Notes: a model not told the origin generated them from the letters alone. A stretch of 64,000 bases of DNA from a bacterium (GCA_037446635.1 JBBIIG010000004.1:100859-164858), one strand, 5' to 3'; shown: positions 29,772 to 39,722, counted from the stretch's first letter. Made by a program: numbers and translations.

Positions 29772-30161
29772 ATGACTGATGAAAATGCCGAAGATTCTAA
29801 ATCCGATAAGGTTCCTCAAAAACCGGAAAAGTATGTCGAAAAAACTTTGCTTTCCTCCCTTGAACAAAGATTGGTTGATTCAAAGTCTCCACAAGAAACC
29901 ATTTTATGGACTCAGGTTCGTGGAGAAATAATTCGACAAAACGAAGAAAGTGAGGAACAAAACCATCGGCGGTTATTGGAAAAAATACAATTAATATTTA
30001 AAATGGGGTTCTCAATCATAACTTTCATAGTGGGTACTCTACTTGTATTAAACGGATTTTCTTTTGTGGGGTTATTTATGATCGGAGCCGGGCTTTATGG
30101 ACTGGCCCCAGATTTTGTAAAGAGTTTTTTTAAAAAGCATCCAAGAGGTAAAAATGACTAA
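29772..30161 (+). CDS. Hypothetical small membrane protein (AT-rich island gene 1)
   Basis: 129 aa; acidic N-terminus and two C-terminal TM helices; the local GC is ~38%, against ~58% in the flanks. Confidence 0.4.
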   Translation: MTDENAEDSKSDKVPQKPEKYVEKTLLSSLEQRLVDSKSPQETILWTQVRGEIIRQNEESEEQNHRRLLEKIQLIFKMGFSIITFIVGTLLVLNGFSFVGLFMIGAGLYGLAPDFVKSFFKKHPRGKND

Positions 30162-30795
30162 AACTTTGTCGAATCTTTTTCCGGGAATCTTGCTTGCACT
30201 TCTGAGCGTCTCTCTGCTTTTTCTAGTCAGTAGCTCTAAAACACCATCGGGTGTACAGGAATTATTGATCATTATCGCAGGCATGACTACTCTCGCCGCA
30301 GTCACTGCTTTTCAGAGATTTGTTGAAAATCAAAATCACAATTCTATGATCCAGCTTTCATTTAACGAATTCTTTGTCAGCAGAAGCATTTCCGAGGGAT
30401 TGCCAGAACCGAAAAAAATGGATGTGGAACTTGAGAACATCCAAGAGTCGCCAATTTATCCATGGGATTTAACGCCGGGACAATTGGTTGCTATCGATAA
30501 TTCTTTAGCTTTGGCAAAATTAAGAATGGATATCGAAAAGGAACTCCGTAGAATTGCTTATGAAAACAAGATCGACATCAGGACGCGCCCTCTTGGAGTT
30601 ATCGGTCTCGCGAATGAATTGATAACAGCGCAAATCTTACCGACTTCTTCGCTTGAAGCACTAAAAGAGATCATATCGGCATGTAATCAAGCCATACACG
30701 GAGCAGACGTTTCTGACGAGACCGCCGCCTCTGTGGTAAGAGTCGGTAGTCAGCTCTTGGAACGACTACGTCTGGCCTCGATGAAGAGTAATTAA
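30154..30795 (+). CDS. Membrane-anchored DUF4145/HEPN-like domain protein (AT-rich island gene 2)
   Basis: 213 aa; N-terminal 2 TM; the C-terminus ...RTRPLGVIGLANELITAQILPTSSLEALKEIISACNQAIHG resembles the DUF4145 (HEPN-superfamily) ...IRxxGNxxAH region, with the Arg position substituted. Confidence 0.4.
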   Translation: MTKTLSNLFPGILLALLSVSLLFLVSSSKTPSGVQELLIIIAGMTTLAAVTAFQRFVENQNHNSMIQLSFNEFFVSRSISEGLPEPKKMDVELENIQESPIYPWDLTPGQLVAIDNSLALAKLRMDIEKELRRIAYENKIDIRTRPLGVIGLANELITAQILPTSSLEALKEIISACNQAIHGADVSDETAASVVRVGSQLLERLRLASMKSN

Positions 30796-30901
30796 TGTGA
30801 CGACGTTACTCAAAAATTGGAGAGAAAAGAACAACGATCCCATTCAACGCGTAAGCTCTCGTCCGGATTTAGATTTTTCTAACCCAAACAATCTCACTCC
30901 C

Positions 30902-32257
30902 ATGCCCCAACACACCATCCTCATCATCGACGATGAACCCAAGATGTGCAAAGTGCTGAAATTCGCGCTGGAGCCGGAGGGCTACGCCGTCGCCACGGCG
31001 GAGAACGCAGAAGCCGGCCTCGAGCTGTTTTCCAAAAATTCGTTCGACCTCGTCATCACCGATCTCAAAATGCCGGGCAAAGACGGCCTGCACGTTTTGG
31101 GCGCGGTAAAAAAGCAGCGTCCGGAAACCGAGGTGATCATGATGACCGCCTACGCCACGGCGCAGAACGCCGTCGAGGCCATGAAAAAGGGCGCGTACGA
31201 CTACATCATCAAGCCGTTCGAGATGGATGAGCTGAAGCTCAAAGTCCGCCACATTATGGAAAAGCGCAAGCTGGTGGAAGAAAATGTCCATCTCAAAAAG
31301 GAGTTGAAAAATCGTTACTCTCTCGAAAACATGGTGGGACAAAGCGGCGTCATGCAGGAGGTGTATAAGTTGGTGGAGAAAGTCGCGGGCGCCGACGCTA
31401 CGGTTTTGATTCGCGGGGAAAGCGGCACCGGCAAAGAACTGGTGGCGCAGGCCATCCACCATTTGAGTCCTCGGGCCAGCGAGCCGTTCATCCCGGTAAA
31501 TTGCGCAGCGCTGCCGGACAATCTGCTGGAGAGCGAGCTCTTTGGCCACGAAAAAGGCGCGTTCACCGGCGCGGACAAAATGAAGCCCGGTCGCTTCGAG
31601 TTGGCCGGCGCTGGCACCATCTTTTTGGATGAAATCGGCGACATCTCCCCTTCCACGCAAATCAAGCTGCTGCGCGTTTTGCAGAACAAAACCATTGAGC
31701 GGCTCGGCGGCGTCAAGACCATCGACGTGAAAGCCCGCACGATCTGCGCCACGAATCGCCATCTCGAACAAGCTCTCAAAGATCGCACCTTCCGCGAAGA
31801 TTTGTACTACCGCATCAACGTTTTTCCCATCACCCTCCCTCCGCTGCGCGATCACAAAGAAGATATCCCTGATCTTGTGGCGCACTTTCTCAAGAAATTC
31901 GGCGGCGACGGCGCGGCCATCGATGGCAAAGCGCTGAGCCTGCTGATGAAATATCACTGGCCCGGCAACGTCCGCGAATTAGAAAACACCATTGAGCGGG
32001 CGCTGATTCTTTCCGGCACAGGCAAGATTCACGAGCAGGACATTCCGCCGCACATCCGCACTCTGCCTTCGACGGCGGTGGGAAGCGACTCAATTGAAAT
32101 TCCCAAAGAAGGACTCTCGTTGGAAGAGGTCGAAAAGAATCTCATTCGCGACGCCATCGCCAAAGCCGGCGGCAACAAAAGCAAAGCCGCCAAATTGCTG
32201 GGCATCACGCGGCGCAAGCTCTACTCGATGATGGAGCGGCTGGGGTTGAGCCTCTGA
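30902..32257 (+). CDS. Sigma-54-dependent response regulator (NtrC family: REC + AAA+ sigma54 activator + Fis-type HTH)
   Basis: MPQHTILIIDDEP... receiver domain; GESGTGKE Walker A; GAFTGA sigma54-contact motif; C-terminal HTH. Confidence 0.9.
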   Translation: MPQHTILIIDDEPKMCKVLKFALEPEGYAVATAENAEAGLELFSKNSFDLVITDLKMPGKDGLHVLGAVKKQRPETEVIMMTAYATAQNAVEAMKKGAYDYIIKPFEMDELKLKVRHIMEKRKLVEENVHLKKELKNRYSLENMVGQSGVMQEVYKLVEKVAGADATVLIRGESGTGKELVAQAIHHLSPRASEPFIPVNCAALPDNLLESELFGHEKGAFTGADKMKPGRFELAGAGTIFLDEIGDISPSTQIKLLRVLQNKTIERLGGVKTIDVKARTICATNRHLEQALKDRTFREDLYYRINVFPITLPPLRDHKEDIPDLVAHFLKKFGGDGAAIDGKALSLLMKYHWPGNVRELENTIERALILSGTGKIHEQDIPPHIRTLPSTAVGSDSIEIPKEGLSLEEVEKNLIRDAIAKAGGNKSKAAKLLGITRRKLYSMMERLGLSL

Positions 32258-32422
32258 GTTACTGGAGTACTGGATTGGTGGATTCGTGAACGAGTACGTA
32301 CAAACCGAAGTGTACTTTTGGGGTCATTTCATTGCCTCTGAAAAAACACTGCTCCAAAAGTGTCCTCTTTAAGTGCGGAATTTACAATTTCATAAAACCC
32401 ACGAGAGTTTCGAGGCCCTCGC

Positions 32423-32438
32423 TGGCACTGGCTTTGCT
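32423..32438 (+). promoter_or_regulatory. Sigma-54 (-24/-12) promoter
   Basis: TGGCAC-tggct-TTGCT matches the TGGCAC-N5-TTGCW consensus and spacing, ~37 nt upstream of the 32475 start codon. Confidence 0.65.
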
Positions 32439-32474
32439 TTTTGGCGGGTCGGTTGTCGTGGAAATTAAAAAATC

Positions 32475-33992
32475 ATGTTCAAATTCGCAGTTAAAATTTC
32501 GCTAATTATCATCTGCCTCTGCTCAATAGCCTTCGCGCAAAATCCCAACCTCGGTGAGTTGCGCAGTCTGCTGGCACGGCTCGACGTCGAGCTGGAAAAA
32601 GCGCGGGACTTAATCCGCTCGTTTGACAACCGCGACGCCCAGGTTTTACTCGCCGAGACAGAAAATCTCCGCAACCAAGCAGCCGACATCCTCGCGAAGT
32701 CCGACCCCCGCCCTGCGGAATTGCTCGAGGCTCGGCGTCATCTCCAAGCCGCGCGCATGAAATTAGAACAAGCTGTCAAACTCACTCTGGAAGGCACCAT
32801 CAGAAGGTGGCGCAGTCGGCTGGAGCAGCTCCTGCAGCGGGCGGATCAGGAGGTCATTGGCAGCAACCACCCGGAGGCGGAGCGGCTGCTGCAATTGGCC
32901 AAGCAGCACCGCGACGCGGCCGATCGCGAGCTGAGCAATCGCGCGGTGCAAAAAGCGCTCGAGCATCTGCGGGTGGCGGTCAACTTAACGGAACAGGCAC
33001 TTGATTTGGCTACTCGCAAGCTTGATGCCTTTCATGAAGAAGGTCGGCGCTTCGATACTCTGCGCGAGCGCGCCCGCGAGCTGGTGGAAAAAAGCTCGAA
33101 CACGCGCGCCCGGGTTATTTTCAACCAGGCCGAAAAAATGGCCGAATCGGCGCTGCAAGCCTTCCGCAACGGCAACCCCCAGCTTTCCAAAAAATTTTAT
33201 AATCAGGCGATTCTGCTTTTGCTGCGGGCAATGGATGTCGCAAAAGGCCAGTCAACAGAAACAGTGGATCAGGTGAGCCTGGCCCTATATCGACTGCGGG
33301 AGTCCATCGACAATTTTAAAAATACGCTCCAACCCAATGCGCCGGCGCGGGTGCAGCTAATTGTCGAAAGAGCCCGGCGGCTGGCGACGGAAGCGGAGTT
33401 GGCGGCGCAGCAAGGCCGCAGCCACGAAGCGCTTTGGAAAATCGAACTGGCAGAAAGCTTGGTGAAGCGTGCGCAGCGTTTGGCAAACGATCGCGGCGGC
33501 GGAAGATTGGCCAATCGCATCGCCGAGGAAATTGAAAATACCCGGCAGGACATCGTGGACGTCCGCGGCGATTTGAGCCTCGAAACTTCCCCCGACGCCG
33601 AAATTCTCGTGAGCATGGCCGAGCTCGCCCTCGCCAAAGGGGAGCAGGCGGCGACGGCCGGCGCCGACCGTTTCGCTCTGGAAGCGGTGCTCGTCGCCCA
33701 GCGCCTCCTCACCAAAGCCGAGCGCATTTTGAATAAACAGGACGTCAACGGTTTCTCGAAAGAGCGCGTGGAAGCGCGGCTGGCGCAGTTGGATGAGGCG
33801 ATGGCCGAATCCGAAAGCCGCATCGATTTGGCGAAAGATGAATGGGCGCGCCGGCTGCTGCTGAGCGCAAAAGAGTTTCGGCGATTGGCAGCCGAATCGC
33901 TGCAAAAAGGGAATTATCACGCCGCCGACGAAGGCGTGCAAGTGGCGTTCGATCTGCTCAGGAAGAGTTTAAAAAATGTCCCGAACAATTAA
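32475..33992 (+). CDS. Secreted alpha-helical tandem-repeat protein (hypothetical)
   Basis: 505 aa; signal peptide MFKFAVKISLIIICLCSIAFA; 6-7 degenerate ~60-aa helical repeats, each with an ...A(E/R)xLL...A...L...A... pattern. Confidence 0.5.
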   Translation: MFKFAVKISLIIICLCSIAFAQNPNLGELRSLLARLDVELEKARDLIRSFDNRDAQVLLAETENLRNQAADILAKSDPRPAELLEARRHLQAARMKLEQAVKLTLEGTIRRWRSRLEQLLQRADQEVIGSNHPEAERLLQLAKQHRDAADRELSNRAVQKALEHLRVAVNLTEQALDLATRKLDAFHEEGRRFDTLRERARELVEKSSNTRARVIFNQAEKMAESALQAFRNGNPQLSKKFYNQAILLLLRAMDVAKGQSTETVDQVSLALYRLRESIDNFKNTLQPNAPARVQLIVERARRLATEAELAAQQGRSHEALWKIELAESLVKRAQRLANDRGGGRLANRIAEEIENTRQDIVDVRGDLSLETSPDAEILVSMAELALAKGEQAATAGADRFALEAVLVAQRLLTKAERILNKQDVNGFSKERVEARLAQLDEAMAESESRIDLAKDEWARRLLLSAKEFRRLAAESLQKGNYHAADEGVQVAFDLLRKSLKNVPNN

Positions 33993-34027
33993 CCTGAATC
34001 GTAACGAAATCTCAATTGCCGCGACGC

Positions 34028-34172
34028 GGATTAATAGATCAATGGATTAATGAAGTTTGGCGCAGAGCGACAGGCGTGGAGCGTAGAGCTTCAGATACCG
34101 ATCCGCTTCGCGGAAAAGAGCATGGTGCGCTTCATCCACCACTCCATCAATCCATTACTCCACAAGTGATAA
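34028..34172. repeat. Family A composite hairpin repeat with an extended GC-rich centre
   Basis: ggattaatagatcaatggattaatgaag ... (centre) ... cttcatccaccactccatcaatccattactccac. Confidence 0.5.
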
Positions 34173-34434
34173 AAAGGGGGTGATAACTAAAGAACAAGTT
34201 GGCTGTTGCAGTTTATCGTTGGAAAAAGAAAACAAAAAACCCCGCCCTGCCTGTCCGCTTGGCGGATCCGCTTCGCATGCCTGTGCAGGCAGGCGGACGC
34301 AGGCAAATGGAAATCGTTGACTGGGTCAAAGTTAAACGATTTCCGCAAGACGGGGCAAGAAAACAACCGCAATGTAAATCAGACCGCGAAATTTGTCAAA
34401 CAAATTTTTCAGCGGATTTCAAGGAGGTACGCAA

Positions 34435-37400
34435 TGTTTAAACTGAAAACAACTCTGATCGTTTTATTGGGCTTGCTGTTCGTTGGGCCGTTTTCGACGG
34501 CGCTGCAGGCCCAGCCACAGGACGTGGACGCCGTTGTGACTCCCGATGAAATAGAAATTGCCGTGGGCGGCAGCGTTCAATTAGAGGTCTTTGCGTTTAC
34601 GATCGGTGCCGCCGGGCGCACCCCGGTGGACGCCGCCAGCATCCAGTTCACCGTTGAACCGGATTCCATCGGCGCCGTTTCCGAAGACGGATTTTTTGTT
34701 GCCGGCCGGCATGTGGGCACCGCCTTCATCAAAGTTCGGATTGTGGTTGGCGATCGCGTCATCGAAAAGGTGGTCGTCATCATCATTGGCCATTTGCCGC
34801 GCCCATTTTTTGACGCCGCGGTCGTGCCGCAGCGGGCGCTGGTTCCCATTGGCGGCCAGCAGCAGTTTGAAGCGGTGGTGCGAAAGCCCAACGGCGACGT
34901 AGTGGAACCCGAACACGTGCGCTGGGAAGTCATTCCGTCGCATCTCGGCGAGATTAGCGACGACGGCTTGTTCACCGCTGGGAACGAAATCGGGCAGGGC
35001 AAAGTCATCGCGATTATTGAGGTCGACAACCTGCGGCTGCGGGCAGCGGCCAACGTTTTTGTCGCGCCGCCGGCCACCGCTGCCATCACCGGCAATGTGA
35101 CCAATGACGATGGTGGCGCCCCCATCGCCGGTGCCCGCGTCAAGGCCATTCTGCTGGGTCGGATTCACTGGGTGGTGCGCGCCGAAACCGACAACCTCGG
35201 CAACTACGAAATCACCGGCCTCGTCCCCGGCGACTACGTGGTGTTTGCCAATGCCCCCGGTTTCATTGGCGAATTTTTTGACAACACCCGCCTCTATCGC
35301 GAAGCCACGGTGATACAATTGGAAGATAATGAAACGCAAGAAAACATCAATTTCGGTTTAAGCGAAGGCGGCAAAATTGCCGGCACGGTGATCGCTGACA
35401 GCGACAGTCTGCCGCTGGCCGATGCGCACGTGGTAGCATTTTTGAGAGTCAACCCGCGCATCGCCCGCCACGCCCTCACCGATGAAAACGGCGATTATTT
35501 GATCGATGGCCTTCCCCCGGGCTCCTATGCCGTAAAAGCCGACGCCGTGGGCTATCACGCCGAATTTTATAACGACGCCCGCGATCTGGCGGATGCCGAC
35601 CTCATCGATATCGCCGCCAATGAAACCGTCGAAAATATCGACTTTGCACTGGGCATCGCCAGCGCCATCCGCGGCGTAATCACCAGCGCCAAAGACGGCG
35701 CCCCCATCGCCGGCGCGCGCGTGCACGTGTTCGATGCGCCGTTCTTTAATCACCGCCTGCCTATTTTCCGCGAAACCCGCAGCAACGAAAACGGCGAGTA
35801 CATCGTGCAGGTTCGCCCCGGCGGGTACTACGTCTTTGCCGCTGCAGAAGGCTTTAACGGCGAATTTTATGATGACACCCGAGATCTCAGAGAAGCCGAT
35901 CTGGTGCTGGTCTTCCCGGATTCCCACACCACCGGCATCGACTTCGCGCTGACGCCGCGCGGCTCCATCTCCGGCGTGGTGACCGACCAGGCGACCGGAC
36001 TGCCCGTCATCGGCGCGGTGGTGGAAGCCTTCAGCGAAAACCCCGTGATTAACTTCGCCACCACCGTAGCTGGCTTCCGCGCCCGCACCGATTCCTCCGG
36101 CAACTACACCATCAATAATGTTCCAACTGGCAAATACCTGGTGGTAGCCCACGCCCAAGGTTATTTGCCGGAATTTTTTAGAGAAGCCGCCACAAAAGGC
36201 GACGCCGAGTTGGTGTCCGTCGAAGACGATACCGAGGTGCAGGGCATCGATTTCACCCTTGAACGCGGCGGCAGCATTTCCGGATTGGTGGCCTCGGAAG
36301 GCGACAGCTTGCCCATCGCCGGCGCGCTGGTGAAAGTTTTTGCCTCCAATAATCGCCGGCACCTGCGCACCTTCACCGGCAACGACGGCGCCTATCGCGT
36401 GGATGGCCTCCCCACCGGCGTTTATTTCGTGCAGGTGATTGCGCGGGGATTTTTCTCTGAATTTTATGACAACGCCCGCGGCCTGGCAAACGCCACCCCT
36501 GTCGAAGTGACCGCCCCGGATGAAACCGATAGCATCGATGTTTATTTGGAAAAGAAAGAGCGCCGGCGCGGCACCATCGCTGGGCGGGTGGTTTCGGAAG
36601 TGGATGAAACCCCCATCTTCGGCGCGCTAGTGATCGCGGTGCGGCCCAGCCTGCGTTTCCCTCATTTCGCATTTACTGATCCGGACGGCAACTACGAAAT
36701 CACTGACCTGGCTCCGGGACGGTACCATGTTTTCGCCTGGGCCGAAGGCTTCCTCGGCGAATTCTTTGATGACGCCGAACGATTCCGCGACTCCGACCCG
36801 GTTTTCGTAGAATCCAATCAAGTCACCGGCGGCATCGACTTCGAGCTGGCGCCGCGCGAACAAACCGGCATTTACATCGTCCGTGGGAAAATTGTCGCGG
36901 CGAATATGGGCAACGGTTTGACTGCCGAGGGTCCCATTGAAGGCGCGCTGGTTCACGCCAAAACCAACGGCGTCATTGAAGCCAACGCGGTAACCGACGC
37001 CAACGGCGAGTACGTTTTCTTTGACCTGCCGGCGGGCGTGTATGAAATTGAGGCCACGGCCGCGGGCTACGAGGACGCCGCTTTTGCCGCGGCGGTCCCC
37101 GTAAGCGAAGGTCAGGACGCGGAGAACATCAATCTCACGATGACCATCGATAACGTCACCGGCGTCGAGGACGACGGCGGCGCGCTGCCGGAAAAATTCG
37201 CGCTGTTCCAAAACTATCCGAACCCCTTCAACCCGCAAACCACCATCAAATACCAGCTCGCTCAGCCTGCCGAAGTGACGCTGAAGATTTTCAACGTCCT
37301 CGGCCAGCAAGTCCGAACGCTGGTGAACAAACAGCAACCGGCGGGAACGTATTCGGTGCAGTGGGACGGCGCAGATGACCTCGGCCGCCAGGTCGCGTCC

Positions 37401-37472
37401 GGAATTTACATCTTCCAAATTAGCGCCGGCGACGCCTTTAAAGTCTCGAAACGAATGCTGCTTTTGAAGTAA
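34435..37472 (+). CDS. Giant secreted protein: signal peptide, Big_2-like Ig domains, ~9 carboxypeptidase-regulatory-like domain repeats, T9SS type A C-terminal sorting domain
   Basis: The start MFKLKTTLIVLLGL follows an aaggagg RBS. It has repeated ...ITG.V......PIAGA.V......TD..G.Y.I..L..G.Y...A...G...EF(Y/F)D... modules. The C-terminus reads NYPNPFNPQTTIKYQL...IFNVLGQQVRTL...GIYIFQI...KRMLLLK. Confidence 0.7.
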
Positions 37473-37482
37473 AAGGCTAAAC

Positions 37483-37529
37483 GTGCCACGCACAAGTGCC
37501 ACGCACTTCAAAAGTGCGTGGCACTTTAT
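37483..37529 (+). terminator. Hairpin terminator downstream of the giant T9SS protein gene
   Basis: gtgccacgcac-ttcaaaa-gtgcgtggcac is a perfect 11-bp stem followed by tttat; an additional direct copy of the left arm lies just upstream. Confidence 0.55.
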
Positions 37530-37729
37530 AAGACACATAAAAAGGGGGTCGGGTGCAAATCAGAAGAGCGAGTGGTCTCCTCATCCGGCCCCCTTAAAAA
37601 ACTTCGTGCTCTTTGCACTAACCGCAAAGAACGCAATGCTGACGCAAAGGATGCTAAAAAATTGGCGTTGAAATTCAATAAAAGAATTTTAAATTGGGTA
37701 AAATTCATGAATCATCGTCTGGAGGGTGA

Positions 37730-37828
37730 ATGAGCAAGCAGTACAATCGAGTTGAAAAAAGGCGGCGGCGCTTGCGGCGCATCAAACGGCAGCGTGAGCG
37801 AATCAAGGCCGCGGCCAAATCGAAGTAA
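37730..37828 (+). CDS. Candidate 32-aa highly basic small protein
   Basis: MSKQYNRVEKRRRRLRRIKRQRERIKAAAKSK; ggaggg RBS 4 nt upstream; followed by the stem-loop acgccgcccctc...gagggcggcgt (37837-37870). Confidence 0.3.
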   Translation: MSKQYNRVEKRRRRLRRIKRQRERIKAAAKSK

Positions 37829-37988
37829 TGCCGGAAACGCCGCCCCTCTACCACCAAAGGAGGGCGGCGTTGAATTCATCCGATGGTACTCGCAGTGCAC
37901 TCAGCAGCTAAAGTAATAAGCCCGAAAAACAAAGAGGGGAAATGGATGTTAAAATCAGCAGTCAAAATTTTATAAACAATATGGCTCG

Positions 37989-39659
37989 ATGTCCATTGGC
38001 GTGGAAAAACTTTTTAGACCCCAATCCCTCTCGATTCTTGGCTTTCTTGCGCTCTTCGCGCTAAACGGCGCGCTCTCCAGCCAGGAACTTCAAAACCCCC
38101 AGTCTATTGCCGCAATCGATTCAATCACCGTGAATGAAAGCGAACACGCGCTTTATGAAATCGAGCGCCTGCGCTTCGAACGCTGGGTCATCGCCAACAC
38201 CGAAAAATTAACCGACCCGCTGTTGCTGAAAGAAATCGTGCGGCTGAAAAAAGAGGCCGACGCCTTTGCCGAAAAGGACGATTTCACCCTGGCGCTCATT
38301 TGGATGGAAACCATTTGGGACTTATTGAAACCGGACAGCTCACAGACCAGCAGCAACGAGTTGAGCTCAGATTTGGTGAACGATTTTGCCGGCGGCCCTC
38401 TCCTGGAGCCTTCCCCAAAATTCCGCTGGACGAAAGAACTCGTCACCGGCATCGACGTGTGGCGGCAGGAATTTCAATTCACGTTTTTCGAAGGCGACAG
38501 CTCTTTCCTCGAAGGCAGCGGCAATCCTTATTCCGGCGTGCGCGCCGTGTTCGAATACAACCCAAACGCCCGGCAATCCTTCCAGACGCTGGCGTTTTTC
38601 AAATACAGCCGCGATTATCTCGCCGGCGATCTGGAAATCCGCTTGCGAAATCCGCTGGGCCAAAACTCGGCGTGGCGGCTGGAAAACCGATTCGAGGGCT
38701 CCTCGTTTTATCGCGACTTCGACTTAAAATATTTACAGAACCGCACCACGCTCGCTTTCGATTTGCGGCGGCTGGGGCCCCTCGCCATCGATCTCAAAGA
38801 AGAATTTCAGTTGCGAAATTACGCGGACAGCGGCAGCACATATCCAAATTACTACCACAACACACTCAGTGGATTAGCGAAAATTTACACCAACCTCGGC
38901 TCCTATTTGGGCGCCGGCTACCGCAACACGGTGCGCGGACATCCGGATTTTAAAACCAACGACTACTTTGAAAACCGTTTTGAGTTTTCATGGTATCAGA
39001 CGTTGGGCCGCGAGTTGAGCTTCTCCGTCGTAAACGACCTGTACTTTCGCGAGTACCCGAACGCGCCGGCCGATACCATCTTTCAGGATTATCGCGAAAA
39101 CTATTTTCGCACGGATGTCAAAATTCCGTTCACCGCCATTTGGGGAGCTGAAATAGAAGGCAGCGTCACCAGCCGCGATTACAAAAATCTGAACGTGAAT
39201 TTTCCGGACAATACCCTCTGGGAAATCGAACCGCGGCTGTATCTCAAAATAGGAAGGGACTGGCAAGTTTCCGCCGGCGGATACTACAGCGAGCTGAATC
39301 ACCAGAAATTTCCGCTGGCCTCCACCGCGGACGCCGCCAGCATTTTATTCGAAGATTACGAAATGTACGGCCCAACTTTCGCGATCGAATTTTTTAAAAT
39401 CAACGGCGTCATGTTCAACATCCAGCAATCTTTTTTATGGCAGCGCTACCCTACGAGCCGGCAGCGCAATGTCACTAATCTCTCGGTTTACTCGGACCGC
39501 CAAATTTATTCCATTCTTTTTTTTCTAACCTGGAACGTCTCCGCGCGCTGGCGTTTCGCCGCCCTTGCCAACATGGATGACGACCGCAGCCGCCAGCAGG
39601 GCGACAGCAGCGACTCCAACAACACCCTGGTGGGGCTGGAGATCAATTATTCCTTTTGA
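37989..39659 (+). CDS. Hypothetical outer-membrane beta-barrel-like protein
   Basis: 556 aa; signal-like N-terminus; a helical N-terminal region, then a Y/F/N/G-rich segment of alternating hydrophobics ending in a C-terminal ...LEINYSF (terminal Phe). Confidence 0.4.
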   Translation: MSIGVEKLFRPQSLSILGFLALFALNGALSSQELQNPQSIAAIDSITVNESEHALYEIERLRFERWVIANTEKLTDPLLLKEIVRLKKEADAFAEKDDFTLALIWMETIWDLLKPDSSQTSSNELSSDLVNDFAGGPLLEPSPKFRWTKELVTGIDVWRQEFQFTFFEGDSSFLEGSGNPYSGVRAVFEYNPNARQSFQTLAFFKYSRDYLAGDLEIRLRNPLGQNSAWRLENRFEGSSFYRDFDLKYLQNRTTLAFDLRRLGPLAIDLKEEFQLRNYADSGSTYPNYYHNTLSGLAKIYTNLGSYLGAGYRNTVRGHPDFKTNDYFENRFEFSWYQTLGRELSFSVVNDLYFREYPNAPADTIFQDYRENYFRTDVKIPFTAIWGAEIEGSVTSRDYKNLNVNFPDNTLWEIEPRLYLKIGRDWQVSAGGYYSELNHQKFPLASTADAASILFEDYEMYGPTFAIEFFKINGVMFNIQQSFLWQRYPTSRQRNVTNLSVYSDRQIYSILFFLTWNVSARWRFAALANMDDDRSRQQGDSSDSNNTLVGLEINYSF

Positions 39660-39722
39660 AACAAGTTTGCGATTTCGCCGTTTATACACGCAATTCACGG
39701 TAAAAATTTTAGCGGGATTAAA

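Noticed and set aside
34172-34434. GC-rich structured 5' region upstream of the T9SS cargo gene (ccccgccctgcctgtccgc...gcaggcaggcggacgcaggc) as a riboswitch or second sigma54 promoter
   Set aside because: I could not fit a -24/-12 element with correct spacing, and I have no recognizable riboswitch consensus; it is left as an unexplained structured leader.
34577-37538. Long minus-strand ORFs (for example 34581-35339, 35358-36362, 36627-37538) and many others antisense to large genes
   Set aside because: Typical high-GC antisense open frames opposite a strongly supported coding region (T9SS cargo protein); the same applies to 30869-31957 (antisense to the sigma54 regulator), 23754-24317 (antisense to dctM), 41371-42087 (antisense to paaA), and 19683-20303 (antisense to lpdA).
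37514-37540. TGGCAC in gtgcgtggcactttataag as a possible sigma54 -24 box
   Set aside because: There is no TTGC element at the required +5 spacing; the sequence is the descending arm of the terminator hairpin.
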